A model generated the notes under the pieces. The model did not search any database. It was not told the origin of the DNA and worked only from the letters and a program-made list of their open reading frames with translations. DNA of 58,421 nt, counting the filler, from Sphacelaria rigidula (taxonomy: Eukaryota), in assembly GCA_964200075.2 (NCBI GenBank). It is 9 parts of 9 records of this genome, joined end to end, with 100 filler letters (N's around TTAATTAATTAA, not from the genome) between each part and the next. Parts side by side here need not be neighbours in the genome. Positions count along the whole stretch, not along the records: positions 13,007 to 19,409 come from CAXNAA020020291.1; positions 19,510 to 25,911 come from CAXNAA020020292.1; 7 more parts are not named here. One strand, written 5' to 3'. How positions within the stretch are numbered: position 1 is the stretch's first letter; each line of letters begins with the position of its first letter. A program made the translations under genes and the position numbers. Shown in pieces: positions 12,907 to 24,379 of this stretch.

Positions 12907-14149
12907 NNNNNNNNNNNNNNNNNNNNNNNNNNNNNNNNNNNNNNNNNNNNTTAATTAATTAANNNNNNNNNNNNNNNNNNNNNNNNNNNNNNNNNNNNNN
13001 NNNNNNGGGTAAGGAGAGTCATTTCAACCATGTCGACGTACTTTGAAAAAACGAACTCTTTCGTTTCCACAGGTATTCCGAATTTGGGTACATAATAATA
13101 TGTTATACTACCCACTGTGACCTCTACACAGACGCTCGCAGACGGCAGGCAGTCAGTAGAGTAGATCAACGAAAGCTCCAGATCGCAGCTGATGCACCCC
13201 TCTGCACGACGCTAGCAAGAGTTAGGTCACCACCATATGTATCTTTTTTCACTCTGCATGTCAAGAAGGTCTTCACAAGTATTTGATCTCTCGTGCACTC
13301 CCCCCAACTGGCGTGTGGTCAACGGGGGGGGGAGGTTGAGGAAAATCGACAATGAATAACACCCCCTAAGTTCATATTGGATCTATCTGGTTTTGCCGCA
13401 GCACCGTCCTTGCGGGCATGTGTGTGACAGAGAACAGTAGTAGCGGTGACGGGAGTATTGCCCTGTTTTTCAACAACATGTTTTTCAGCGCACAGAGGCG
13501 CGTGCTGTCCAAAAAGAGAGCCAGAAAAAAATGATCTTCGCATCGGTGAGGTGCTCAGGCAAGACGAAGAGACGAAATCTCTCCGTAGCTCGGTCTTTAG
13601 GCACTACATGGAAAATTGGGTACATGCTGGTAACATCGATTATGCCAGTCTCTCGAGCGATTGGTAATCGCTGAGCGAGGACACACAAAGGACACGAGCG
13701 AGGAGCTCTTCCTCTCTGTCGTTGCTCCTCTCTCTGGTGGTATCGTCATCGACACGCGTGTACACCGCATTCGTTGGGTGCACCTAGCCCGAACTGCCTA
13801 ACTCCTCCTGCGGAGTTTTGGGGGGAAATACTTTACTTCTGTGTTACTGTTTGGTATTTTCCCAACGAAAGCGATTTGCGGGTTGAACCTCATTTTTTAG
13901 TTCAACCCCAAAAGTTAGGATCCGCTGTTAATATTGTTTTGTTTTTATCTTTTTCGGTCCTATCCTGTTCTGCTCATTACATGTCCATTTTTATAGGCTC
14001 GTTCTTTGGTCCCATCATCCTTATTTGGCCCTTGTCGCATTGGCCTACCGTACCTTGCCCTGACTTGTTCGGTATGCCAAACATTTCCCTTCGCTCGCAT
14101 TGTTGATCTATGGTCCACGCATAATGTAGCCGACGATTTTTTTATTTCG

Positions 14150-14720
14150 TACATCCTTCCTCTGTGCCATAAGTAAAGTCCGTTATGGGGGGCAGATCGT
14201 ATATTGGCAATAAAGTTGTCTACAATGCCATAGTTAGTTTTTTTTTAAAGCTGTTGATGCGCTGATGCTCGCTAACAAAAAAATCTGGGCCGAAAATGCT
14301 GATAATTAGTGGGTCAAAGAATAGGAATTTTGGTGGGATTTTGAGATTGTTTTCGAGAGTTATTTTGAGAATGTATGCTTTTCTCCGCGTTTTAACGAGC
14401 ATCACCTCCCACAACCACGATGGAGACCCCGCTAAAATGTAAACGGGGCGCAGAAGTGTAGTTGAGCCACCGGTACGCAATGGCGGTGGAGACAGCGTTG
14501 GCCATTCCCCCAGGAAAAACAAGGATGCCCAAGGGTGTTCTAGGCCGCATGGCGGCGCGTTATGGCGTTGGTATTGACCACCATAGAAAACATTGGGCCG
14601 AGTGCAAAGCTCAGGTCGACGACACCGGGGAGCTCAACTTTTTGAGCAAACCTCGTCGTGGGCGGCCATCACTTCTTACTCCAACGAAAGCCGCTGCGCG
14701 CGAAAGATCAACAAGAAGAA
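14150..14720 (+). mobile_element. Left end of a Tc1/mariner-like transposon: Stowaway-like TIR and N-terminal transposase HTH fragment (ORF 14462-14752)
   Basis: CTTCCTCTGTGCCATAAGTAAAGTC resembles the plant mariner/Stowaway TIR. The ORF segment MPKGVLGRMAARYGVG...HW..CK...SKPRRGRPSLLT has an HTH-like stretch followed by a GRP linker. No DDD domain is present. Confidence 0.55.
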
Positions 14721-16379
14721 CCTACAATTTTTGCCCCTGCAAAAGGGCCTAAATATGGCCTTTTCGGGGCCGACTCCTTTTTTTTCCGGCCGTTCACGTA
14801 TGCCCCGGGGTGCGTAGAAAAAAAAACGGGTTTCAACTAAAAAAACATCAAAGATTTCGAAAAAATTGTCGCCGGCGGCATCGGACACGGTTAAGGGTCC
14901 GTGTAATCATAACGGACTTCACTGATGGCACAGAGGAAGTATGTGATTTGTTTTTTCGAGCCGCACGTACGATGTGTGTTTTGTTTTTCCGATAGCGTGT
15001 GTAGAACATCGCCCTTCGGGACAACGTGGTTGCCTGTTCGTGGGCGTTTGTTCATTGTCCCCTGTTTCCTCTTGTGCCGTGGCTTTGTGAGACGGGCGCT
15101 AGATTTCTGGAATTGTGCTACTGTAAAACACAGCGACAACAACAACAACCCCGGTTGCCAAAACCCTACAAGCAGTGGTGCGCACCAACAGCAGTCAACC
15201 CTTCAAAGCTGGACCCCCTAGTTGCACGCTGAAATAATTGGCTGCTCGAGAGGTTCGGGATAATAGTTGGGTTTTTTTATGAAGAGGCAGCGCCAGCGTA
15301 GAAAAGGTCGTCGTCACGCACATTTCTCGCGTCGTTATCGACTACTGCATGAGCCACGCCTACCAACAAATTGCTGACACAATCGCCAAACAGCAGCAGT
15401 GATCGCACCAGCAGTACTCGTGGCCATTCGTGTGCCAAGATGCCCGCAAACACACCGAATACCGCACAAGGAACACAAGAATATGAGCACGCTTCTTCTT
15501 CGACCACGGCAGAAGCCTACTGCATCGCCTTTTGGCAAAAATGTGAAAGTTTTGCACTACCCCTGCTAAGCACCCATCCCTCCCCAGTTAGCGTCCATGT
15601 ACTTGTACGCCAACAAAACCCATCCTCCACGAAGTCGCACGGCTGTCAGCGGATCAAGTCTAAAAAAAGAGAGATCCGGGGTATTCGAAAGCTCATCATT
15701 TGAGAAAGCGTAACTGAAATAGCTTCACCCCCTTTCTTCCCTTCAACATGGGATATTCAAGTCTCATATTAATTTCCGCACCAGGCGAATCAAGATAATG
15801 TCAAATACAAGCGCACGAGAGATGGCTCGAATATCTAGATGTCCGTCCACCCCGTGCATCGGACGTGGCCGTCCCAAATCCCACGCGAAAAATCCCGTGT
15901 ACACAAAACGCACGTGTCCAGCACACTTGCACCTCGGCGACGTGAATATTCCGATTCGAGACTTACGCAACCCGATGGTTGACCACTGCATATCGAGACG
16001 ATTCGTCTCCGAGCCGCAAACCTCAGACCTCGCTAACCTCTGATCCTCCACTTTCACGACGAAGCAGTCCATTTTTCAGTCCAAATATGCCAACGCGCAA
16101 CTTGTGTATAGTTCACACCCTGGACGAAAGATTACACGCCAAAAAGTGTACTGCGCACAGTAAGGAATCTATCGTCTGTCACAACAAACGCAATAGCCTG
16201 TGATGTACGAAGCACACTTTTTTTTTTGACAAGGTAATTTATTGTCCAGGGTGTGGTATAGTTCTCAATCTACCACTGCTCCTGCAGTCAATATAACACA
16301 CTCTTGGTTGTTAGGGTCAAAACCTGGTTCAAGAGTTCGAAACGAAATGCCTCGGGGACAGTAGGCGAACTAATCTCAC

Positions 16380-16558
16380 TCAACCGTCCGAGCGCCCGCG
16401 GATGGACACCCAAGACCAACATTCATTATTTTACGGATGAAAATGATGCCGACTCAACAGATGAACACCCGGCACCGAAGGCCACCATTCATTACTGTGG
16501 GGATGAAAATGATCCCGACTCAACAATTGAACACCCTAGGGCAGTCAAGGGGGGTCAA
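16380..16558 (+). repeat. Degenerate relative of the piggyBac-type MITE with an internal 63-bp tandem duplication
   Basis: Two copies of CATTCATTA...GGATGAAAATGAT.CCGACTCAACA..TGAACACCC, similar to the MITE right arm GAAA.TGATGTCGA.TCA.CAG.TGACC. Confidence 0.55.
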
Positions 16559-16883
16559 AATAGGATAGGCCATACTAGCCCACCAGCTTACCTAGCAACT
16601 CTGCCTCTACGGTATAAAAAACTGTCATAGGATGGCGCTACTTGATTCTCATGAGGCAACAAGTCATGGTGTGGATTGCTGTACAATACCAGCTCACAAA
16701 AATACCACCGACACGCACACCGCGACAGACGATCCTACTCCAGTACCTGCGTGGTAAATACAAATATACATACGGCTTCAACGCCATAATTCATTGCATG
16801 CACTCTACCGGGGGGGCGGGGGGTGGGGCGTACTCATTTACTGCTTGCCTGAGTCGTTTGGCATTGACCAAGCACTCTACCGG

Positions 16884-16985
16884 GGAGAGATGGATTGATC
16901 CCTTGAGACCACGGACTCGTCCCGAGGAAGCGAAGGGGTTCAAAGTGCGACAAAAAAACAGATAAATGGATAAATAAAACAAACA
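16884..16985 (+). repeat. Dispersed repeat; reverse-complement copy at about 34845-34945 and a fragment at about 2984-3020
   Basis: GATCCCTTGAGACCACGGACTCGTC...GGTTCAAAGTGCGACAAA pairs with TTTGTCGCGCTTTGAAC...GACGAGTCCATGGTCTCAAGGGATC. Confidence 0.75.
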
Positions 16986-18823
16986 AAGTGACTCTGGCAT
17001 GATGGTTGTTGCCCATTACCAACATGTCCAATCCCGGGTATACATCACGTGCCTTTTTCGCTTCCCGGCACCGACACCGCCCTCCGCTTTCATCTGAAAA
17101 CCGCACCAAGAAGACATACGAACGTTATCCCTTTTGCTCCATGCAACATTACTACCGCCTTCGTCTATCTCCGACGCAACAAGGGTCATAGCCTGCGCCC
17201 TAGACCAAACCAACATGCCTCCTTTGTGACAATACAACGTGCAAAGGCGTAATATATATACAAATATATATAGAAAGCGTCTAACAAATATTAGCCCCTG
17301 TGAAACACGAACCGGGAAAAAATATATACACAACGGTAGCAGCTTGGCCTCAAACGTTTTCAGCACGCCGAATTTCACGCAAAACCATATAGGTTCATTC
17401 TCTACTAGATATATACCAGTGACATACAGGATATTGCCAACTTCTCAACCAGATGCAACAAACTCTCAGGGACCCAAGAGGTCATCCTTGCACGGCAAGT
17501 ATTTTCAAAGATGAAGTACGGACGTGGACCATCAGCACCGAGTATTGACCCTCAACGGAACAGAGCGGGACAACAGCGTGAGCTCAAAAAGCACTGCGCG
17601 ACGAGTACCGTGCTGTACAAGTATCAGCACGTGATACGAACATGGGAAATATCGAAAAACAACGCGGTCAAAATTCACAACGTAAGTTGTAGATGAATCG
17701 AACACAAAGCTTACGCAACACGCCCCCCCCCCCCCAAAAAAAAGGCACAAACCATGAACTCCATCGACGCGTTAATGGGGTGTCAGCTTTTCAAGTGGGC
17801 ACCAAACGACGTCATCGCGATCTCACGATCTTACGCTACTCGCCCGAGCCCTCCCTGCCCAGCCCCCACGGTGGGGGGGTGTACTCCCAAATTACTTGAA
17901 AATACAGGGAAAAGTTGTTGGGCCATTTTTTTTTTGCTGGGATGTAGCTGCCTGGCGGAACGATGGCTGATAGAAATGAAAGAAAAGAAATAAAATCCAC
18001 ACGCAGCACGGCTTTACTCTCAAGAGCCGATAAAAAACAAATTAACAAATTGTAAAGTTCGATTTCTAACACACACGAAGTCACTCTACATTCACCACCG
18101 ATGTAACAAATAAATGTGAAAAATTAAATATTGCAGCTCACACAAAATTACTCAAAACATGATAGTGCGCAAGTCGCGCCAAGGTGGAAATGCGCGAGTA
18201 CGCTTTGTGCCACACCTAGGGTATAACGGCGTACATAGTGAACAATGCAAGCAGCAGAGCATTGCCAAGCAATCGCCCTGCGTGAGTCGCGATACAAATG
18301 TATGTTTAAACTCGTAATTGAGCCATAGTTTCACCTTCAGAAATTCGTTCGTCCTGCCATGTAGGCGAACGTCGTCAGCTACGGATAAAGAAGGTCGATC
18401 AGCCAAATCGACAGCCCGTCTCGCACCCCCCTCTCCATCACACGAGTTCCTAAAACCGAACGCAGGTGGGGTGAAATCATGACCGAACATCCTCAGCGTG
18501 GAAGGACGTTTTACATGACCTGCTAACCTCCACTTTAACTGCTCGGTGTTGCGTCATGTGTTCAGATGTGGTCATCTAGAGTGGCAACAGCGACCCCCCC
18601 CCTCCGCCCCCGCTGCCCCCCTCCCTAGGTTGAACGTACCCACCGCCTACGAGGTGCCCATCTCCCCTGTTAAATACGCCAGATCCTACTCTGCCAAGCA
18701 GGCGACCTGGGTGTCTCGTGTCAGCGAGCACGCCTGAGGAGGTTCCCAGATTGCAATATCCGCGATTATCCATGCCAACGCTTCAAGACGGAAGCTCGAA
18801 TGAAGAGATTCATGGTCCTTCTC

Positions 18824-19029
18824 TCACCACAACAACACAGACGCCAAATACGCGCCGACAACAGCAGCGCCCGTAGCAGCAGCTAACACCAGGGGAGGGG
18901 CTGATCTGCCGTAGCCCGCGTTAAGATCTCCTCTAGCTGCCACGTTTTCAGCTTGGATTGGACCAATCGTTGCAGCGAACGAAGGTGCCAGTGTATTCGG
19001 AGTAGAAGCCGCAACCGGTGCCCGGGTTG
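18824..19029 (-). CDS. Probable last coding exon of a membrane-anchored or GPI-anchored surface protein
   Basis: A pyrimidine-rich tract and CAG acceptor (19032-19030) precede TRAPVAASTPNTLAPSF...GRSAPPLVLAAATGAAVVGAYLASVLLW*, an A/T/P stalk with a hydrophobic extreme C-terminus. Confidence 0.5.
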
Positions 19030-19509
19030 CTGTCGTCATTTGATACATAGATCCGCCAAGTGTACAAACGTGACAGGAAGGCGCAAAAAGTTACGTGGGA
19101 AAGAGGGAGAGCGGGATGAGGGGAGGAGGCGGAGACGACACGTACATCACCAATATCGTATGGATGGGGCGGGAATAAACTGCTCGACGCCACGTGCGCA
19201 TGACAAGCATATATATATATATACATACGATATACAGATTGAGACATGCTGAGTTTCGTCAAAGGCTAAACCAGGCTAATAAAGAAAAAAAACATATCCT
19301 GGCGCGTTTACTTCAGGTGCATACGCGCTTCTGATGGGAGGTGACATATTAAAACCGCATGCATACAATATATTCAGGATCCATCTGATATGCCAATAGG
19401 ACAATCGCANNNNNNNNNNNNNNNNNNNNNNNNNNNNNNNNNNNNNNNNNNNNTTAATTAATTAANNNNNNNNNNNNNNNNNNNNNNNNNNNNNNNNNNN
19501 NNNNNNNNN

Positions 19510-19636
19510 CATATTCACCCATGTGCAATATAGTATGCAATGATTTGTACGTACTCGCTCACCATTTATCGCAGGGCAAAACAGTTTTCCAGCACAAGGG
19601 ATGATCAGTTTAACGAGGAACAGCTCATCCTGCATG
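19510..19636 (+). repeat. Exact 127-bp direct terminal repeat of contig 4 (second copy at 25785-25911)
   Basis: CATATTCACCCATGTG...CTCATCCTGCATG is identical at both contig ends. Confidence 0.97.
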
Positions 19637-20091
19637 CCAGGGTGTCTTGTTCACAGCTTCAGGCGATGGTCTTTCTCTTTTGCACTGGTGGTTTTGAATC
19701 TCATGTCTCAGGCCACTTCGTTCCCTTCCATAGCAGTGAAAACCAGGGGGCCGGCTTTCACCGATTCTGAAAGAACCGAGTTCAAGCCGGATGTAAAGAG
19801 GCATGTTTATGTAACCGTCTTCGTACGGGCTCAAACATCCTCCCCCCTGACTGCGGCACATTACCAGTTCCCGTAGTCAGCCCTCCGGGACTTTTCCATC
19901 AGATTAGATGGGCCCATCATTGTACTGCCCTTCCTCCATGTATGCCGCAATCCATAACACCCCCCCCTCAGGCCTAGGGTTGACAAACCCTGGGGCTGAA
20001 CGTGGTTCGAAGATAGATCGCCGCGTTACCACCTTCCTCGTCCTCGAGTATTCGGCATTGGTTTCGTGTAGCCGTCGATCTTAGTCCGTTT

Positions 20092-20352
20092 TGCCGAGTT
20101 AGACCACGTGGGGAATTCAAACACCGTGCAGAACAATCTCAAACAGTCTCGGCAACTCCCGCTCTTGTAGATATCTCTGCCGGGTTAGACCACGTAGGGA
20201 ATTTGAACACCGTACAGAAACGATCCCATCCAGTCTAGAGAAGACCTTGATCTTGTTGACCGCTCTGCCGGGTTAGACCGCGTAGGGAATATAAACACCG
20301 TGAAGAAACGATCCCATCCAGTCCGGATAAGTCCTTGATCTTGTTGACCTCT
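20092..20352. repeat. Three diverged ~87-bp tandem repeats
   Basis: GCCG.GTTAGACC.CGT.GGGAAT..AAACACCGT..AGAA recurs at about 20093, 20179 and 20267. Confidence 0.85.
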
Positions 20353-21173
20353 GTGGGCTGTCCGTAAACCGTTTGCGGATCTTGGTACATCGGGGAATCT
20401 ACCGCTCAAGTGAGCCCCTTTCTGCTCGAGATGGTGTATCAGATGGACGTGGCCTGGTCTGCGGTTGACATAATTCCCACAAGGCATGAAACACATCCAA
20501 CTGTAACGCAGTGAAATTGTCCAAATCCTCTCCTCTGAAAGCCAGTGTGGCTCAGCTCCGTCGTGAAACAACCGTTGATGTTCTCGCACTCACGACAATC
20601 CTGCGCCCAACACTGCTTTCCTATCCGTCAGAGTATGTAGTAGAGGTGTGGACGTGATGTCCTCAGCCAACCCTAAATCTGCCCCCCCAAACTAGCTAAC
20701 AGACCTCGCCTGGAAATGGGTGCTGCACGGGAGGCTGTTGGACGGATCCCGCCGGGCAGAAGGGCGGGGCTCGAGGGTTCAAGGGGTTTCAACTCATTTT
20801 TCACCGATTTGGGGTTAGCTATGTGACAATGGACACGTTAAACCTGCACGCACGTGCCACGTAGATGTAAAAACACCTATTGAAATAATTATGGATGCTT
20901 TATTTCAGTGTATTACAATCTCCATGATTCAAGAGTCACGAGGGCGGTGTCTGGAAGAAACATTCTCAGTCATCAACGGCGTGCGAAACGATGGAACCAG
21001 TAACATGAATAGCAGCGCCTCACCAGTATAAGACAAATAAAGGGGAAGGAAAACGAAGGGAACAGCAATATAATCGGACAAAACAGCTTCACGCGTGTGC
21101 GTTTGACCAGGGTATCGCGTGTCGGGGACACCCAGGTGTAAATTCATGGACTCCTAAGGGAATTCTGACTCCA

Positions 21174-21724
21174 TGTCAACCTGTTCGGACAGCATGGGAA
21201 AATATTGGCCGCTTGTCAACCTGTTCGGACAGCATGGGAAACTCCTGGCCCCCCTGTCAACCTGTTCGAAAACATATGGGGAATCCTGGCTCCCTGTCAA
21301 CCTGCTTCAAAACACGTGGGAAATCCTGGATCCCTGACAACCTGCTCGAAAACACATGGGAAACTCCTGGCCCCCTGTCAACCTGTTCGAAAACATATGG
21401 GAAACTCCTGGCCCGCTGTCAACCTGTTCGAAAACACATGGGAATTCCTGGATCCCTGTCAACCCGTTCGAAAACACATGGGGATTCCTGGATCTCTGTC
21501 AACCTGTTCGAAAACACATGGGAAACCCTGGATCCCTGTCAACCTGCTCGAAAACACATGGGAAACTCCTGGCCTCCTGTCAACCTGTTCGAAAACACAT
21601 GGGAAATCCTGGCTCCCCTGTCAACCTGTTCGAAAACACATGAGAAATCCTGGATCTCTGTCAACCTGTTCGCACGCGCAAGGGAAACTCCTGGCCCCCT
21701 GTCAACCTGTTCGAAAAAACATGG
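21174..21724. repeat. Minisatellite of about 13.5 copies of a 40-41-bp unit (TGTCAACCTGTTCGAAAACACATGGGAAACTCCTGGCCCCC)
   Basis: Head-to-tail units with no unique spacers; explains the repetitive ORFs at 21205-21836. Confidence 0.97.
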
Positions 21725-22044
21725 TCTTGACATCTTAAGCCTTCGTCCTCGCCCAAATCCCTGTATGCAATCAAATCCTGCTTGTTCGCTGTATGGTGCA
21801 AGCATATATATATATATATATATATATGGTTCATAAAACTTTCTCGTTCATCCATTCGATGTCCGTCTTGTATGTTGGCAACTCGCATAGTCTCCGCGGT
21901 AAACAGACGAGTCGTTCATTATAAGCCAACAACATTTTATCAGATTATTTCCTGTATAAATCTCGGCAAAGGAATGTGTGGTGTGTGGAACCCCTGGATT
22001 CCTCAAGACCAGAAGAATGTAGCCCTGCCCCCGGGACGGTCATA

Positions 22045-22190
22045 GCGCGCACAGGTAGACGGTCATCTTCGAATGGATTGTCGGAACACGCGCATGTAGA
22101 CGGTCATCATCGAATGGATTGTCAGAGCGTGCACAAGTAGACGGTCATCTTCGAATTGATTGTCGGAGCGTGCACGAGTACAGACGATCA
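22045..22190. repeat. About three copies of a 41-bp unit (GCACA.GTAGACGGTCATCTTCGAATGGATTGTCGGAGCG)
   Basis: Read directly from the sequence. Confidence 0.9.
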
Positions 22191-22569
22191 ACGGGAACTG
22201 ACGGAGCATCCGTCTGGTGGCCTCATTCAAACACATTAGCATGCGGCTTCACTCATAGCCGCTCAATCGTTGTGGATCAGGGTTGGTTATCACGTTCGTA
22301 AGTAGCTACATGGAAATTGGCAGGCGGGCACCAACAATAATTGTTGAGGAGAAACTGTTGCACGCTTCATGCAGTCTTGTGACCCACCGCTGCGGGTAAT
22401 ATTAATCAAATAATAAATAATGGTATGTTCAACAGTGCACCTGGAAACAAACATCCACATATTCACAGTCGAATGGAAAGCTAGAAGTGCATGGTTGGGT
22501 TCGATCTCTTGGAACTGAAACAACTTCACACAGCTCTCCATTTGTTTTACGCATGCATGGCTCGCATAA

Positions 22570-23295
22570 TCTCTTTGAAGATATCTACCAAGGGCGCGAA
22601 CGATCAAACAGGGGGAGCCACGTAGAGGTTACATCCATTTTCCATAACAATAAAGCATTTCGAACATTAATGATTTGCCCCCCCTGACCAGGGGGTAGGG
22701 TAAATACCTCATGTTTCGTTCATTCAAGCCTCGCAATTTCCGTTCACGGCTAGTTGGCTTACATGGTACCGTGCCTGTTACATGTATGCAGACAGTATGA
22801 CATTACGGTTACACAAACAGAATTTCGTGCAGTAGCGGACGGCAGCATAACAATGTCATTCTCTATCAGTTGCATACACGGTCATGTATGAGGTGCGGTT
22901 ATTAGGTGCACACGGAAACGATCAAAATCGGAGCAGACATCACATAGCCCCGAAGTTTTCAAGCATGTAAGACTCGCCCATACCCTTTGGAGCTATCCAC
23001 CAAGGGTAAAACAATCAATCAGGGGGAACCACGTTGAAGTGACATTCAATTTCCATGGCAATAACACACATTTGACGCATCAATGATCTGCTCCCCCCGG
23101 CCGGGGTAGGGTGAGTACCCCATGTTGATTCATGCTTCGCAATTTCCGTTCACGACGAATCGGCTCACATAGTATCGTGCCTTGTAGCATGTATGCACAA
23201 CCAGTATGGTATTACGGTCACACAAGCAGCTTCGTGAATTTGCAAAGCTTAGAGTAAAACGACATTCTTTCACCGTTGCATACGTGGTCATGCAT
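22570..23295. repeat. Diverged tandem duplication with a period of about 410 bp
   Basis: 22571-22890 aligns by eye with 22981-23295 (e.g. TCGCAATTTCCGTTCACG, GGGGTAGGGT, CATGTATGCA). Confidence 0.8.
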
Positions 23296-24271
23296 GAGAT
23301 ACTCGAGCAAGTGGTTCGCGTTCCTAAAAGTATATATATTATGCTGTATGTACTCGGTACTAATTGTAGCCGACAACATCTCGATAGCCCTGTGTATCTC
23401 TTCTACAGGCAGTTCGTTAACTCCCATCTGCTGGTTGATATCGCGTTCAGTAGTTTCACTCAGGCAACACTGCCATCACTACCTCATGTGTCCCCACAGT
23501 ATATAGACTCGAATAAACAGTACAGTACACGGCAAAGGTTCTTCCGCATGCGTAGTCCGACATTTGATATTCGATCGTGACTCGGAACGGTTTTGTTCCC
23601 ACAGTAAAAGCATATTACTCATGCACTGTTCGACTGAGTACAAAGTCAACGATTTCATCGAGGAGATGGTGCAGGCTGTAAACAGTCAGTGCCGTCATCC
23701 TGTACAGCCATATTGTAACAGCATCACAATAAATATAACGGTTGCATGTCGTAAACCCCAAGAGTGTTATCGCAACTCAATGTGCGGAGACACACGCGAT
23801 TTTTAATCGAGCGGGTCTTGTCGATTTTGAGTACGTGTGGGGCAGCATATTGTACCGTGGTTCCATTTCAGTCAGCTGTGTGAAACTAAAAACATCATAG
23901 CGTATAGCAACAGCAGCATCAGTTGTGAACAAGTCTAACGTGTCCAGCGGCGCACCCCGAGCGTGTGGTTACAGTATTATGAATTGCGAACAAACCAGAA
24001 TTGTTTTGGTCGGAAACAACCCAGACAGTGGTGCGATATGCTTATTATTTTGTTTTTCAACTGCGGAACAATTAAGCAGAATTCGTGTGAAGAGAAATCA
24101 TGAAGCAGTAGAGTTGTCAGTGCCAAACATGACGGTTGTTGGAGGAGCGCTTGTTTGCACATTGACCACCACTCAGTCTAGACGTGAATTCAGCAATACA
24201 ATTTTGTGTGCCCAACGGATACGGCGATTGTAAGCAGCAGTTCAGACAGTGCAATACAGTACGGCGTCGTG

Positions 24272-24379
24272 AATTCTAGACCGCGGTGCGGGTAGTCCCT
24301 CTGCGCCGTGCATATCGTTTCCAAGCACATATTGATGCCGACTCAGCAGGTGACCTACCCTCGTGGTCAACATGGTCAA
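24272..24379. mobile_element. Degenerate copy of the ~100-bp piggyBac-type MITE
   Basis: TAGACCGCGGTGCGGGTAGTCC...TTGATGCCGACTCAGCAGGTGACCTACCCTCG matches 8427-8525 and 44655-44872; the TTAA sites are decayed. Confidence 0.65.

Noticed and set aside
20844..20864. Helitron 3' hairpin (GCACGCACGTGC) in the self-closing contig
   Set aside because: The stem is only 5 bp, there is no canonical CTRR end and no RepHel remnant, so it is insufficient to call.
21174..21724. CRISPR-like array
   Set aside because: The units are contiguous and similar along their whole length, with no unique spacers and no cas genes. It is a minisatellite.
21205..21888. Repeat proteins of 177-207 aa
   Set aside because: They are translations of a 40-41-bp minisatellite whose period is not a multiple of three.
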